Part shown: in pieces, positions 19,004 through 28,303 of the stretch
Layout of the letters: each line of letters begins with the position of its first letter
How positions within the stretch are numbered: the stretch's first letter is position 1
Source: Escherichia phage tunus
Sequence record: NC_049816.1
Reading direction: 5' to 3' (one strand)
Length of the DNA stretch: 51,111 nt
Made by a program: the position numbers and the translations under genes
The notes under the pieces: generated by a model
Databases searched by the model: none
What the model was told of the DNA's origin: nothing
Seen by the model: the letters and a program-made list of their open reading frames with translations, nothing else

Positions 19004-19759
19004 TTAACTGTTCCAATCTGGTATGGCCCAACAACGACAACCGAAAGGCTCACCAGGAAAATCATGTTCAGAATCTAGCGCAATGCGCTTACCTTCCCAT
19101 TGTACATGCTGCAATCGCTCTCTGTCATCAAGCATACCATGCCAAAAATAATGAGTTACTTTTGAATCATAAAGACGCTGGCGCATGAGTCTACTATTCC
19201 AAGCGCCTATGATGTTTTCCGCCCTTGTCTTACCCCAAGAGCTATACACTGCGAACCTCTTACCAGCCAATTCATTAACCTGGCTATCTCTCATTCCGCG
19301 AAAGTTTGCCAATCTAATATTGGTTGACCAGTCAGACACGATGTTTCCAAATAGCTTTTGAAGAGATGCGATCGTCATGTCATGCCATTGACCGTATAGC
19401 GTCCTATACCAACTCTCATTCGCATTGGCCCCAATAGCCATAAGGATGATAACGGCTGAATTTGACTTGCCTCCCGTTGATTTGGCTACGTTAATAAATT
19501 GCTTCGAGTTGAATTTATAAACAGCAAGACCGATAGCCGGAAGTGATGCGGCGATGCCAGCTATTAGCTTTAACGCGAAGCTACTAATCTCATCCTCTGC
19601 GGCGTTGATTTCTTCGGTGTCCGCGTCAAATTTCATTTCCTTTGTTTTGCTGCGCATCAGCACAACAAGATCCCTTATCGCCTCCTGAATTGAGCGGCGC
19701 AATTGCCGCTCGCTTGCCTCAGGAAAGCGCCATTGTTTAACGACGCCTTTCACTATCAT
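19004..19759 (-). CDS. Minor head / head morphogenesis protein (Mu F / SPP1 gp7 family)
   Basis: 251 aa; C-terminal HGMLDDRERLQHVQWEG...FPGEPFGCRCW motif; start ATGA-coupled to portal stop. Confidence 0.75.
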   Translation of the reverse strand: MIVKGVVKQWRFPEASERQLRRSIQEAIRDLVVLMRSKTKEMKFDADTEEINAAEDEISSFALKLIAGIAASLPAIGLAVYKFNSKQFINVAKSTGGKSNSAVIILMAIGANANESWYRTLYGQWHDMTIASLQKLFGNIVSDWSTNIRLANFRGMRDSQVNELAGKRFAVYSSWGKTRAENIIGAWNSRLMRQRLYDSKVTHYFWHGMLDDRERLQHVQWEGKRIALDSEHDFPGEPFGCRCWAIPDWNS

Positions 19760-21048
19760 TGATCGTTACCCTCGGTTGTTCCTGGCTCCGGCTCTACGTC
19801 CTGCTCAGGTAATTTAATGTTATTGCCGTCTTTTAGTTTAACGTTAGGCGCAATGGCTCGCAATGTGTCGCGTGCCTCATCTGCATCCATGAATTGACCG
19901 TCAATAGCCTTGCTCAAAGAATCAATATTCTTGTTCAAGATCTCGGCCTGGTCCTTTTCGCTGGGAACGCTTAACGGCGCAAACTGAATACTCCATTCTT
20001 CCTCTTGAATCAGGAACGGGATCAGAAATTCAAGGATTGGTTTGTATTCTTCCTTTCGCTTTCGATCGATCAGCTTGTAGAAGGTTTCAAGCGCCGTGTT
20101 TTGGCTCGCGCTAACACCGCCAACGTTCTTGTTTTTGAGGATGATTTCATGGATGCCGGAAAGAGATACAATGCGATCCATCTTCTTTTCCAGGAATGAA
20201 TCGACGCCGGAAATATCAGAATTTAAAACATCATATTCCTCATCTTCCGCATCAATGCCGATCGCGCGGCCTACGCCACCCTCATCATCAACTTGAGCAA
20301 GGCGCAAACGTGCAGCGTTAACACCATCATCATCATCACAAAGATCAGCAAGACCTTTAGCTTTCCATACCGCCTGTTGCTTACGTCGCAACAATTGAGT
20401 TGCTAAGTTTTCGCAGTAGTTATAATCACAAATGGCCTCAACTAGTCGCTTATTCAGGATCGATTCACCCCACCCATCATTTGATTGACGTCGCTGATTT
20501 GGTAGCCGCTCACCGTCGATAATACAGACTCGCGAATAGTGAACCTGATATTCTGGCAAGTCCGCACCAGGTGAAATGGTGTAAATTAACGGCTCGCCAT
20601 ATCGCACCTTGCGTGGATTAGTTTCGCGCTTTTCTACGCGAACCTGAAAGCGATCGTAAACGCGAACATCTTCAAGGATTGCACCGGGCGCTACAGGTGA
20701 CTTTAACGCCCTGCCATCCTGGACGATTGCCACGATTGCAGCGCCACCAAAAAGACGCGACCAGCAAAGCGCATCAATGATTTTATCGTTTAGTCGCTTC
20801 TCATCCCACAAAGATCTAAAACTTTCCTCATCTTCCACGCCATCAATATTAAATCCAGGCGTCACCATTTCTTCTGGAACAACGTCGATGATTCGTTTTG
20901 CTAGGCCGTCACGAATGTAAAAATCAGCGTGCGTGGTGTATTCGAACCCCTGCATAAAGAAAGGCAACTCTACACGCCCATTGCCCTTACTACCCTTGAA
21001 AATCTCGTTGTATCCATCGGCCTTAACTAGCCTTGTTTTTTCGCTCAT
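19756..21048 (-). CDS. Portal protein
   Basis: About 430 aa, ATG at 21048 with RBS GGAG; position between large terminase and minor head protein. Confidence 0.8.
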   Translation of the reverse strand: MSEKTRLVKADGYNEIFKGSKGNGRVELPFFMQGFEYTTHADFYIRDGLAKRIIDVVPEEMVTPGFNIDGVEDEESFRSLWDEKRLNDKIIDALCWSRLFGGAAIVAIVQDGRALKSPVAPGAILEDVRVYDRFQVRVEKRETNPRKVRYGEPLIYTISPGADLPEYQVHYSRVCIIDGERLPNQRRQSNDGWGESILNKRLVEAICDYNYCENLATQLLRRKQQAVWKAKGLADLCDDDDGVNAARLRLAQVDDEGGVGRAIGIDAEDEEYDVLNSDISGVDSFLEKKMDRIVSLSGIHEIILKNKNVGGVSASQNTALETFYKLIDRKRKEEYKPILEFLIPFLIQEEEWSIQFAPLSVPSEKDQAEILNKNIDSLSKAIDGQFMDADEARDTLRAIAPNVKLKDGNNIKLPEQDVEPEPGTTEGNDQ

Positions 21049-21063
21049 CGTCAAATCTCCATA

Positions 21064-21090
21064 ATAAAAAAGGCTGGAAAAATCCAGCCT
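21064..21090. terminator. Intrinsic terminator-like hairpin between terminase and portal
   Basis: AGGCTGGAtttttCCAGCCT followed by T-run on the minus strand. Confidence 0.5.
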
Positions 21091-21118
21091 TGATTATATA
21101 ACTTTTTAGCAATTAGTG

Positions 21119-22687
21119 CTATTTATTGCGTAGACCAGCCAGCTTTTTCATCCTTGCTACCGGATCATCTGCCAAGTTCATTTCGACGTTAACAGCATCA
21201 ACTATATTATCGACAATATCATCATGGGGATGAGAATCGTCAAAAGTGAACGCTGCAACCTCTGCCAGTATCTCAGGTAACATGGGATGACTTTCTGGCA
21301 GTGCCACACGTCCGGCCCTCATTACTGGCGCGGCGTCCATTGCTCGCGTTACCTTGTCATTGCTTCGCTGAACGGGATTTATATCAATCGGGATCTTCTT
21401 TTTGGCCCCCTGAATCAAACCCGTGCCGCTGGCCTTATCCTCAATGTGGATACGTCGCAAGCTGCCACACTCCTTATTGCGCTTCCAGCACTGATTAACG
21501 AAGGCAATAAAATTTAATTCAAGATCCGGCGCTTCCCACTTTCCGCGAATGCCATCAATGAAGTAAACGCGATTCTTATACATCCCCCAATAACAAAAAA
21601 CTGAATAGTCGTTAAGCTCTCCGGCCTTCTGCGCGGTATCACCAGTAATAAATGTGTATTCAAAGCGATCCGGTTTAGGAAGTGCGCATTTTTCGCCGCT
21701 GCCGTAATACTGGAACCACTCTGTTTTAAACACGTTGCCGCCAAGCGCGATGGGTTGCTGTTGGTACTGACTGGCGAACGTATAAGGATCTGCATTGCGC
21801 AATGCAAGCAATTCCTCCGCGCTTTCCTTCGCAGGCCAAAATGAATAATGAGCAACGCCATCTATCATCACTGGCTTACTTGACAACACATCACGATCAA
21901 ATTCAGGCTTCAACCAATCAGGAAGCGTTTCGCGGTATTCTTTCGTAACCAGCGCCGGAATACTCACAACTTTAAACTCAATACCACCCATCCCGCCATT
22001 AAGCATAAACCAGGTGGAATCATTAACGTGTAGTCGCTGTTGCACCATAACAATCGGCGTAGTGTCTTTCATTCGACGCGATCGCACTGTGTTTTTTAAC
22101 CGCATGTGGATCGCCTCACGCTTGACCTTAGAAAGCATATCATCAGGCTTGTCTGGATCGTCCAGAACCAGCATACCAGTAAAACCATCATCCATATAGC
22201 CGCCACGCAAACCTGTTACCTGTCCGCCAATAGAACGTGAGTTAACTTGCAATTTAACCTTGCCGCCATCCGTAACTATGAGATCTTTTGCGCTCGCCTT
22301 TGCCAGTTTTCCTGGCCATAGCTCTTGCCACTCAGGAGAACCGATAATCTCCTTTATCCTGTTGCTGTTTTGCTGGACAAGTCCATCACTAAACGAAAGG
22401 TTAAGGTTTCTCACCTTCCGACTTTTCAATGACGCGTAGGGTGACATGTGGATCGAGAAAATCTCAGTCTTACCGCTACCTGGCGTAATGTTGAAAATCA
22501 CATTCTGCGACTCTCCATTGATGATCTTCTCTACCTCACTGCACAATAAGCTAAAATGCCAGTTGCTCTGGAATTTTTGCCCCTGCAATAACTGAAACCA
22601 GATTCTGATCATCTTTTCGAATGAATGCTCACTGATTTCTTTAATGGCTCGCTTTTGCGCCGCCGTCAAATCTTCCCATATGATCAT
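21119..22687 (-). CDS. Terminase large subunit
   Basis: 522 aa; Walker A NITPGSGKTE; start overlaps small subunit stop (TAATG). Confidence 0.9.
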   Translation of the reverse strand: MIIWEDLTAAQKRAIKEISEHSFEKMIRIWFQLLQGQKFQSNWHFSLLCSEVEKIINGESQNVIFNITPGSGKTEIFSIHMSPYASLKSRKVRNLNLSFSDGLVQQNSNRIKEIIGSPEWQELWPGKLAKASAKDLIVTDGGKVKLQVNSRSIGGQVTGLRGGYMDDGFTGMLVLDDPDKPDDMLSKVKREAIHMRLKNTVRSRRMKDTTPIVMVQQRLHVNDSTWFMLNGGMGGIEFKVVSIPALVTKEYRETLPDWLKPEFDRDVLSSKPVMIDGVAHYSFWPAKESAEELLALRNADPYTFASQYQQQPIALGGNVFKTEWFQYYGSGEKCALPKPDRFEYTFITGDTAQKAGELNDYSVFCYWGMYKNRVYFIDGIRGKWEAPDLELNFIAFVNQCWKRNKECGSLRRIHIEDKASGTGLIQGAKKKIPIDINPVQRSNDKVTRAMDAAPVMRAGRVALPESHPMLPEILAEVAAFTFDDSHPHDDIVDNIVDAVNVEMNLADDPVARMKKLAGLRNK

Positions 22688-23214
22688 TAAAGTTGCTCCA
22701 GAATATCAATAACAGCCTCTTTCACCTCATCGGCAGTTACTGCGTCAATGCTTGCATTAGTTGCCGCGCTCGCTTCAACGCTCACTGTTGCTGGCTTCTC
22801 TACTCCGATCTCTTTACCGATAAATCCAGCGTTAATCATGTTATTTGCCGCAAGCTGGAATTTTTGCTCGTAAATTACTTTATCAACAAACTCCATCACA
22901 TCGCAGAATCCAGGCTCTTTACGCCATTTGCTTACGGCAGCCTCAGTCACGCCGAGATACAAGCTGAATCCGTTAACCGTGAAAACGCGAGGCTTGTAAA
23001 CTCTGCTCTCGTACACGTCACCCTGAAAGGAAGCAGTTTCAGCCGCCTGAATGTGATTCTCTTCGGCCCAAGTGAAATAGCGGATCGCCATGTCAAAAAC
23101 CTGTTCCGGCGTGTACTTGTGGCGGTTGTTTAGCGTGACAATATCGCCATAAGTTTTATTGTATAACTCTTTGAAATTTAATGCCTTTACAGCAGGCTCA
23201 ACGTTTTTAGCCAT
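22687..23214 (-). CDS. Terminase small subunit (putative)
   Basis: ATG at 23214 (MAKNVEPAV) with RBS AAAGGAGG; immediately upstream of large terminase. Confidence 0.6.
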   Translation of the reverse strand: MAKNVEPAVKALNFKELYNKTYGDIVTLNNRHKYTPEQVFDMAIRYFTWAEENHIQAAETASFQGDVYESRVYKPRVFTVNGFSLYLGVTEAAVSKWRKEPGFCDVMEFVDKVIYEQKFQLAANNMINAGFIGKEIGVEKPATVSVEASAATNASIDAVTADEVKEAVIDILEQL

Positions 23215-23242
23215 TGTTAATCCTCCTTTGGTTAGATGCCTG

Positions 23243-23251
23243 ATTATACCA
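23243..23251 (-). promoter_or_regulatory. Extended -10 promoter element TGgTATAAT upstream of small terminase
   Basis: Perfect TATAAT with TG at -15/-14, just downstream of a terminator hairpin. Confidence 0.35.
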
Positions 23252-23263
23252 GACAACGGGCAA

Positions 23264-23294
23264 TAAAAAACCCGCCGTGCGGCGGGTAATTTTT
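23264..23294. terminator. Intrinsic terminator
   Basis: CCCGCCGtgCGGCGGG with A6 upstream and T-run downstream. Confidence 0.55.
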
Positions 23295-23517
23295 AAGCTG
23301 TATATTTTACTTTTCCATCTTTGGCTCGAATGGAATTTAGGATCTTGCTGCCGATCATCAGGTATTGACCACGCACAAGCCATTTCTTTTGTTTTTCGCT
23401 CCAGATTGCAGAAGCGTACCAGCCTTTATTAATAACGAACTTATAAGCAAAGCGCATGACAACGGAAAAGATAATGATAGCCATGATAAAACCAATGCAG
23501 AAAGATAATGCGATCAT
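23293..23517 (-). CDS. Small membrane protein (hypothetical)
   Basis: 74 aa, RBS GAGGG; hydrophobic N-terminal helix. Confidence 0.4.
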   Translation of the reverse strand: MIALSFCIGFIMAIIIFSVVMRFAYKFVINKGWYASAIWSEKQKKWLVRGQYLMIGSKILNSIRAKDGKVKYTA

Positions 23518-23655
23518 TGTAAAGCCCTCACAAGGTTAATTGAAAATTGATGTGTTTCAGGATTAGCGCCCGATTGCTCTTTTGCTTTTGCTACCGCTTC
23601 CAGTTCATCAAGAGCATCAACTACGCATTCATATTCCTGTTTGCATGATTGGCAA

Positions 23656-23889
23656 TTACGCCCCATTCGCCGGATCGTCATCTTCACTTTGTAATTCATC
23701 AGCGACAACCTCACGCTTAATGCTGGTAATGTTGTGAATCGGGTAAGCAACATTTCCAATAGAAATGCAAGTTTCGTCACCGTCCAACTGATCCTCTGTC
23801 GCTTCTACTGTAAAGCTGTTAACAAAGCTATTGTAGAAAGGGTGAATAACGGTATCACGGAAAGAAACGGTTAATTTGTATTTGATCAT
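23656..23889 (-). CDS. Hypothetical protein
   Basis: 77 aa, RBS GGAG; acidic C-terminus. Confidence 0.4.
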   Translation of the reverse strand: MIKYKLTVSFRDTVIHPFYNSFVNSFTVEATEDQLDGDETCISIGNVAYPIHNITSIKREVVADELQSEDDDPANGA

Positions 23890-23930
23890 TTTGAATCTCC
23901 ATTAAAAAAGGCGATACGTCTTACGGATTA

Positions 23931-23945
23931 TTTTGCATTGCAAAA
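23931..23945. promoter_or_regulatory. Perfect 15-bp palindrome TTTTGCATTGCAAAA (candidate operator)
   Basis: Exact inverted repeat in the leader between a putative promoter (24023-24051) and the 23889 start. Confidence 0.3.
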
Positions 23946-24022
23946 ACCTCCTGCATATCGCCGTTGTTGTGTGACTATCGCGTCACGCGTTCGGACCAAG
24001 CCGCTCTTATGTAAACGACGCC

Positions 24023-24051
24023 ATGCTAACCAATCAGGAAAGAGTTGTCAA
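24023..24051 (-). promoter_or_regulatory. sigma70-type promoter candidate TTGACA-N17-TAGCAT
   Basis: Consensus -35 with plausible -10; lies in one of the few junctions lacking the phage box. Confidence 0.3.
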
Positions 24052-24282
24052 TCATTCCCTGTCGAAAGCGTTCCCCCAGCGTCCGCGCAAGTAACCACAT
24101 AGCCAAATGAATTGAGTGATCGTCAACATTGGCGCGATTGGCTGGTAGTGTTCTGCAATGATGCCCTTCATTACTTCATCAACATACTTCCCGCGCTTTT
24201 CCACATCCGCTTTCATCGCCTCGCCGCACTTTTTAGCCTGGCGTTTAGCTGCGTTGAATTGCGCCTCATTCATGCCGAACAT
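24052..24282 (-). CDS. Hypothetical protein
   Basis: Internal ATG at 24282 preceded by AGGGGAGGGG. Confidence 0.4.
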   Translation of the reverse strand: MFGMNEAQFNAAKRQAKKCGEAMKADVEKRGKYVDEVMKGIIAEHYQPIAPMLTITQFIWLCGYLRGRWGNAFDRE

Positions 24283-24410
24283 CAGTATCCCCTCCCCTTC
24301 CATTCTTCCGCAAGTTTGAAATAGTTCATAGCTTCTTCTACATCTCCGCGCTCAAGTGCTTCCTCCTGCTTCTCTTTGCACCATTGCGAAGGTTGTTTGT
24401 ACTCATCCAT
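24282..24410 (-). CDS. Hypothetical acidic microprotein (42 aa)
   Basis: ATG at 24410 with RBS AAGGTG; stop overlaps next start; below the ORF-track size cut-off. Confidence 0.3.
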   Translation of the reverse strand: MDEYKQPSQWCKEKQEEALERGDVEEAMNYFKLAEEWKGRGY

Positions 24411-24480
24411 TAAATCACCTTACCAGAAAAATAGCTCGTTAGAATGCGATTTAGGCGCTCTAACGGCTATGCGTTTTTAA

Positions 24481-24795
24481 TTAAAAACCGTCGAGAATCT
24501 CTCGGAAGTTGTTTAGCGTCTTAACTTTGGCCTTATCCCACGTTACAGATCCTGCATCTTCCCACGGGGAACCAGGGCCGTGATTTGTCATATCATCAAT
24601 CAAGCAAGAGATCTCATCAATAACAACATCTTTTAAATGCTCGCGGTACTCAATATCTTCTACAGGCTCAAAAGCCTGAATGACACCTCCTAAAACCTGT
24701 TGCTGCGCCTTTGCCTTGTCCAAATCATCATGGATGAAACGATGCTCTTTCTTGTTCTCGTTAGTTCCGATTTGGTAGTAGTGAATGTAAATCAT
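24481..24795 (-). CDS. Hypothetical protein
   Basis: ATG at 24795 with RBS GGAGGA and ATGA overlap. Confidence 0.4.
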   Translation of the reverse strand: MIYIHYYQIGTNENKKEHRFIHDDLDKAKAQQQVLGGVIQAFEPVEDIEYREHLKDVVIDEISCLIDDMTNHGPGSPWEDAGSVTWDKAKVKTLNNFREILDGF

Positions 24796-25055
24796 AAACC
24801 TGATTCCTCCATAGTCTCGTTTATGCGCTTCCAGTTTTCGACTTGCTGATCTCTGTATCCATTCTCTCCGAACCATGCGGCAGCTTCCGCTTGCTCAGTC
24901 CCAGCAGGATCAAATGCGTGTTCTAGCTGGCTGAAAACTTCACGGGCCACTTGCTCAGGAATTTTAACCGTTGCCTGGATGCCGTCATCATCTCGCCAGC
25001 CAAAGGCCGCTAACATAATGCGCGCTTGCTGCTCTGACAGGTTAATCGTGATCAT
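24792..25055 (-). CDS. Hypothetical acidic protein
   Basis: ATG at 25055 overlapping upstream stop; Asp/Glu-rich. Confidence 0.4.
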   Translation of the reverse strand: MITINLSEQQARIMLAAFGWRDDDGIQATVKIPEQVAREVFSQLEHAFDPAGTEQAEAAAWFGENGYRDQQVENWKRINETMEESGL

Positions 25056-25264
25056 TCTTCTACTACCTCGCATTCGTCATGGTTAACACTAATATTGTCG
25101 CCAGCCTTGATAAACTCGCTGTTACGCGGCGCAATAACACAATAAGATCCGTCGCTGAAATGTCCGTCAACTTCCAGCACATCACCAACAACCAGGCCAC
25201 ATTGCTCAAGAGTGATTGATCCGTCGCCGTTGATAGTGTCGATTTTGGTGATTTTGATTTTCAT
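25052..25264 (-). CDS. Hypothetical protein
   Basis: 70 aa, RBS GAGGAAAG, downstream of promoter module 25297-25342. Confidence 0.45.
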   Translation of the reverse strand: MKIKITKIDTINGDGSITLEQCGLVVGDVLEVDGHFSDGSYCVIAPRNSEFIKAGDNISVNHDECEVVEE

Positions 25265-25296
25265 TGCGCTTTCCTCTGTTTCGCTTCAATAAGGGC

Positions 25297-25342
25297 ACTT
25301 TACCAAATGCCCTTGCGGAAGTTTTAACAAAAAGTGCTATTA
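25297..25342 (-). promoter_or_regulatory. Phage promoter module (box + 19-bp hairpin spacer + TAAAGT)
   Basis: Box AAATAGCACTTTTTGTTAAAA read on minus strand; spacer palindrome AAGGGCA...TGCCCTT. Confidence 0.5.
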
Positions 25343-25630
25343 GCTCAGATAGTAAAGCTCATCGCGCGCGAAGTCGTCAAAATCTCGCTGTGTCAGCGGT
25401 CGATCCTCTCGCGCCGCTTCCTCTATCATGTTGATCAAAAAATCGTTCATCAACCCTAGTCCGCCATCCGGCATATAGCAAGCTGCGAAAGCTCGCGCCC
25501 ATGAACGAGCATTTTTGAATCCTGCGCGCTTCATTGTGACTGGCGAGTGTTTAGAGTCGTTCCACTTGTTACACTGCGCGATGTTTTCAAAAGCGTTAAC
25601 CAGTAGTTTGCGGTAAGTTTTGTTTGCCAT
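25340..25630 (-). CDS. Hypothetical protein
   Basis: 96 aa, RBS AAGGGG. Confidence 0.45.
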   Translation of the reverse strand: MANKTYRKLLVNAFENIAQCNKWNDSKHSPVTMKRAGFKNARSWARAFAACYMPDGGLGLMNDFLINMIEEAAREDRPLTQRDFDDFARDELYYLS

Positions 25631-25641
25631 TTCAGATCCCC

Positions 25642-25824
25642 TTATTTTTGTTTAAGCCCCATCAGCATCTTGCGAACGCCATCCTTTTTCCCGTCAGAGT
25701 AGCCAGCAATCGAACCAGCGGCAAACATCATCAAGTTGCCCCAAAATGCCATAATGCCCTCGTAGTTAATGGTTAAATGACTGCCGAAAAGGATCAGGAA
25801 AAGAATAATAATACCAGTTTTCAT
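25642..25824 (-). CDS. Small membrane protein (hypothetical)
   Basis: ATG at 25824 with RBS GAGGT; hydrophobic helix. Confidence 0.4.
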   Translation of the reverse strand: MKTGIIILFLILFGSHLTINYEGIMAFWGNLMMFAAGSIAGYSDGKKDGVRKMLMGLKQK

Positions 25825-25831
25825 TTTAACC

Positions 25832-26080
25832 TCAGTAACAATCATTAACGTGAATCAGCACGGAAAAACGACACTTGCGTAAGCGGTGGCGCTTCTTGAC
25901 GTACATATAAGCATCGCTGTAATACTTAAATTCAGTGGCAATAATGCCGAAAAAGTCGTCTGTAACATAGTGCCAATTGCCGCCTAAGCTGCGTCGCTGC
26001 ACATGATAAGTAGAACAGTCTCGGCAAAATACGATCCGGTATTCCGGCTTAAACAGTCGTTTCAATGCGTTAAAAACCAT
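25832..26080 (-). CDS. Hypothetical Cys-containing protein
   Basis: 82 aa, RBS GAGGG; CRDC...C pattern. Confidence 0.4.
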   Translation of the reverse strand: MVFNALKRLFKPEYRIVFCRDCSTYHVQRRSLGGNWHYVTDDFFGIIATEFKYYSDAYMYVKKRHRLRKCRFSVLIHVNDCY

Positions 26081-26179
26081 AGTAGCGCCCTCATGCTATA
26101 AAGAAAAAGTAGCATTGATAATACCGCAATCATTGCGGAATGAAAATCAAAAGGTGGCTTAGGATTCGTTGCGTTATTG

Positions 26180-26560
26180 TTATTTCCCAGCATTGCGCGC
26201 GATCCTCTTGTAACCATAGTAGAAATCATCGCCTACGCCACGGAATTTTAACGCGTTACGCGCCAGGCGGCGGATTCGACGATTATCCAGTTTGCCGTAA
26301 TTGGTTGGCGCTTTAATCGTCTTGATTGGGCAGCCGCGATGGTTAGTGATTTGCTTGAGGGTAGCAACAATACCATCAAGCGAACGGATAGCGAAGCCGC
26401 CGAATCCAAGATCTTTATTGATTAGATAGCCATTGATGCCAGGGATTCCGAATCTTTTGCTATCAACCTTAACAATCTGGCCCTTCTTCATTCCGCTATC
26501 TGGAATTGCGTAAGTAACTAAGAATTTAGTGCCGACGCGAATTTTTCTGATGTTAACCAT
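26180..26560 (-). CDS. Hypothetical protein
   Basis: ATG at 26560 with RBS GAGAGGG; downstream of promoter module 26591-26636. Confidence 0.45.
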   Translation of the reverse strand: MVNIRKIRVGTKFLVTYAIPDSGMKKGQIVKVDSKRFGIPGINGYLINKDLGFGGFAIRSLDGIVATLKQITNHRGCPIKTIKAPTNYGKLDNRRIRRLARNALKFRGVGDDFYYGYKRIARNAGK

Positions 26561-26590
26561 TGTGATTCCCTCTCTTTGATTGGTGTTTGC

Positions 26591-26636
26591 ATTATAGCGA
26601 GGCATTGTGCCTCGCGTTTAGCAATTCGTGCTATTT
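26591..26636 (-). promoter_or_regulatory. Phage promoter module (variant box + 19-bp hairpin spacer + TATAAT)
   Basis: Box variant AAATAGCACGAATTGCTAAAC; spacer palindrome GCGAGGCacaatGCCTCGC; perfect -10. Confidence 0.5.
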
Positions 26637-27221
26637 AATCTTTGTGTGCTTCCATTTGACAGCATTGACGATCTCGTTTACAGCCAGTTCCGGCTTGCCG
26701 TCCTGCAAGTGGAAGTCATAGTGATGGATTCGATAGTGATAACCGCTCAGGTCAATGTAGCCTCTCGAATCGCCAGCAAACGTGAAGCCGTCGCGATGCA
26801 ATCGGCAAATATGCACCTCATGCCCTGCCTTAACAAGCGGCTTGACTTCTTCTGGGAATCCTCCATCGCTGATCACAACCGCTAAATCTCGGTACATCTC
26901 GTGAATCTCTTCAACCATTCGACGCCCGAAATAGTGATCTCCAAAAACTGGCTTCATTACATCCTCACTAATCCAGATCATGAATTGTCGAGGTGACTTG
27001 CCTCCTAAGATAACTTGAGGCTTTTCTTTTTGCTCTCGGTCGTTGTACAGGTCCATAAATTCATCGTATCGGTACACGCCCAGCATAGAAAAAGCAATAT
27101 CGAACATCGGCTGTTTGAATGACGCCTTGACAGCAGGGTAACGATGGCCCGTTAGGTAAGCTGCAATAGTGTCCTTCCCGCAGCCTGGCGGCCCATTAAG
27201 GATAATAATGTCTCGTTTCAT
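26631..27221 (-). CDS. P-loop nucleotide kinase (dNMP kinase / polynucleotide-kinase-like)
   Basis: 196 aa; Walker A NGPPGCGKDT at N-terminus and Walker-B-like VVISDGG; RBS AAGGGGAG. Confidence 0.65.
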   Translation of the reverse strand: MKRDIIILNGPPGCGKDTIAAYLTGHRYPAVKASFKQPMFDIAFSMLGVYRYDEFMDLYNDREQKEKPQVILGGKSPRQFMIWISEDVMKPVFGDHYFGRRMVEEIHEMYRDLAVVISDGGFPEEVKPLVKAGHEVHICRLHRDGFTFAGDSRGYIDLSGYHYRIHHYDFHLQDGKPELAVNEIVNAVKWKHTKIK

Positions 27222-27223
27222 GA

Positions 27224-27415
27224 TTATTCTCCCCTTGCTTTCAACACAGTAATTTCTGTTGTCTCGCTTAAAACCTTGAAATTTCTATTCTCGCTTTTAA
27301 TCGTCATATTGACAATCATAACCTGACCGCGCTCTATCATGTCGGCAAGCTCTCGAAGGTGACATGCAGTTTTGGCAATCTCTTCGCTTTTTTTGTCAAA
27401 TGGTGGCAATTGCAT
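27224..27415 (-). CDS. Hypothetical protein
   Basis: 63 aa, RBS GGAGGA. Confidence 0.4.
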   Translation of the reverse strand: MQLPPFDKKSEEIAKTACHLRELADMIERGQVMIVNMTIKSENRNFKVLSETTEITVLKARGE

Positions 27416-27568
27416 TTAGTTTCCTCCATAGCGAAAAATCGCATTAAATTTTTTCCCGCGCTTCTTGTCTTCGTTGCGCTTCTTGCGTTGCTTTTTCACA
27501 AGCTCCACATGCTCATCGTACCCGCGACGCTTCTTTTTGGTAATGATTTTTTCAAAGTTACGCATCAT
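27416..27568 (-). CDS. Highly basic microprotein (50 aa, Lys/Arg-rich)
   Basis: ATGATG at 27568 with RBS AGGGGG; stop overlaps next start (TAAATG); below track cut-off. Confidence 0.3.
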   Translation of the reverse strand: MMRNFEKIITKKKRRGYDEHVELVKKQRKKRNEDKKRGKKFNAIFRYGGN

Positions 27569-27624
27569 TTCCCCCTTTAGGTTTTCTCAACATGGCGCAC
27601 TGCATGAATGCGCCATAGCAAGAA

Positions 27625-27810
27625 TCACCACTCAAATTTCTGTTTGTCTCTGATAATCTCGTAAATTGCTAACCACACCCAAACAAACCAGAAAGCGAGA
27701 ACAATTTTATCGTCTTTGTCTGTCGCGTCAGAATATTTCACCAACGCACGGAACGTAAACAAGCCTGAAATGTAAAGAAAAACAACCAAAAAAGCAAGTA
27801 ACCAAATCAT
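27625..27810 (-). CDS. Small membrane protein (hypothetical)
   Basis: 61 aa, RBS GAGGGAG; two hydrophobic segments. Confidence 0.4.
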   Translation of the reverse strand: MIWLLAFLVVFLYISGLFTFRALVKYSDATDKDDKIVLAFWFVWVWLAIYEIIRDKQKFEW

Positions 27811-28070
27811 TTATTTTCTCCCTCTACTACCAGCGTGTAAAGCAATTCAGGATCAATCATGTTGCGGCGGCGTGGCTCTCGTGGCGAATCGGGCCATGCG
27901 CATTTTCCGTTTGACACAATATAGCCTACCAGGTCACTAAGTTTTGAGATTCCATCTCGACGGATAACGTCGTACCCAATATCCTTGCCGTCAATAGAAT
28001 GGATAGCAAAGAAGCTAGGCTCGCCGTCGATAACGTCCACCGCTTTAAAAAACTCAATCTTGTTAGCCAT
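27807..28070 (-). CDS. Hypothetical protein
   Basis: 87 aa, RBS GAGGA. Confidence 0.4.
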   Translation of the reverse strand: MANKIEFFKAVDVIDGEPSFFAIHSIDGKDIGYDVIRRDGISKLSDLVGYIVSNGKCAWPDSPREPRRRNMIDPELLYTLVVEGENK

Positions 28071-28101
28071 GATTTAATCCTCGTTTGTTGTTTATGGGCT
28101 T

Positions 28102-28147
28102 ACTATACCGCAAGCCCGATAATCTGTTTTTGCAAAAAGTGCTATTT
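28102..28147 (-). promoter_or_regulatory. Phage promoter module (box + 19-bp hairpin spacer + TATAGT)
   Basis: Box variant AAATAGCACTTTTTGCAAAAA; spacer palindrome around GGGCTTgcGGtatagtAAGCCC. Confidence 0.5.
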
Positions 28148-28303
28148 ACGAACGCATAACGCTGTTACATCCTTCCCACTATCTGACATGTGGAGAATAA
28201 CTTGCTTTCGCGCCTCCTGGCATCTTGATTCGCCGTGGAACTCCTGCGACTCAATAGCTGCGGAGTTGTAACTTGTGACAAAGATTAAAAGCAACCAAGT
28301 CAT
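28142..28303 (-). CDS. Hypothetical microprotein (53 aa) with hydrophobic N-terminus
   Basis: ATG at 28303 overlaps HAD gene stop (ATGA); 3' end overlaps the promoter box; below track cut-off. Confidence 0.25.
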   Translation of the reverse strand: MTWLLLIFVTSYNSAAIESQEFHGESRCQEARKQVILHMSDSGKDVTALCVRK

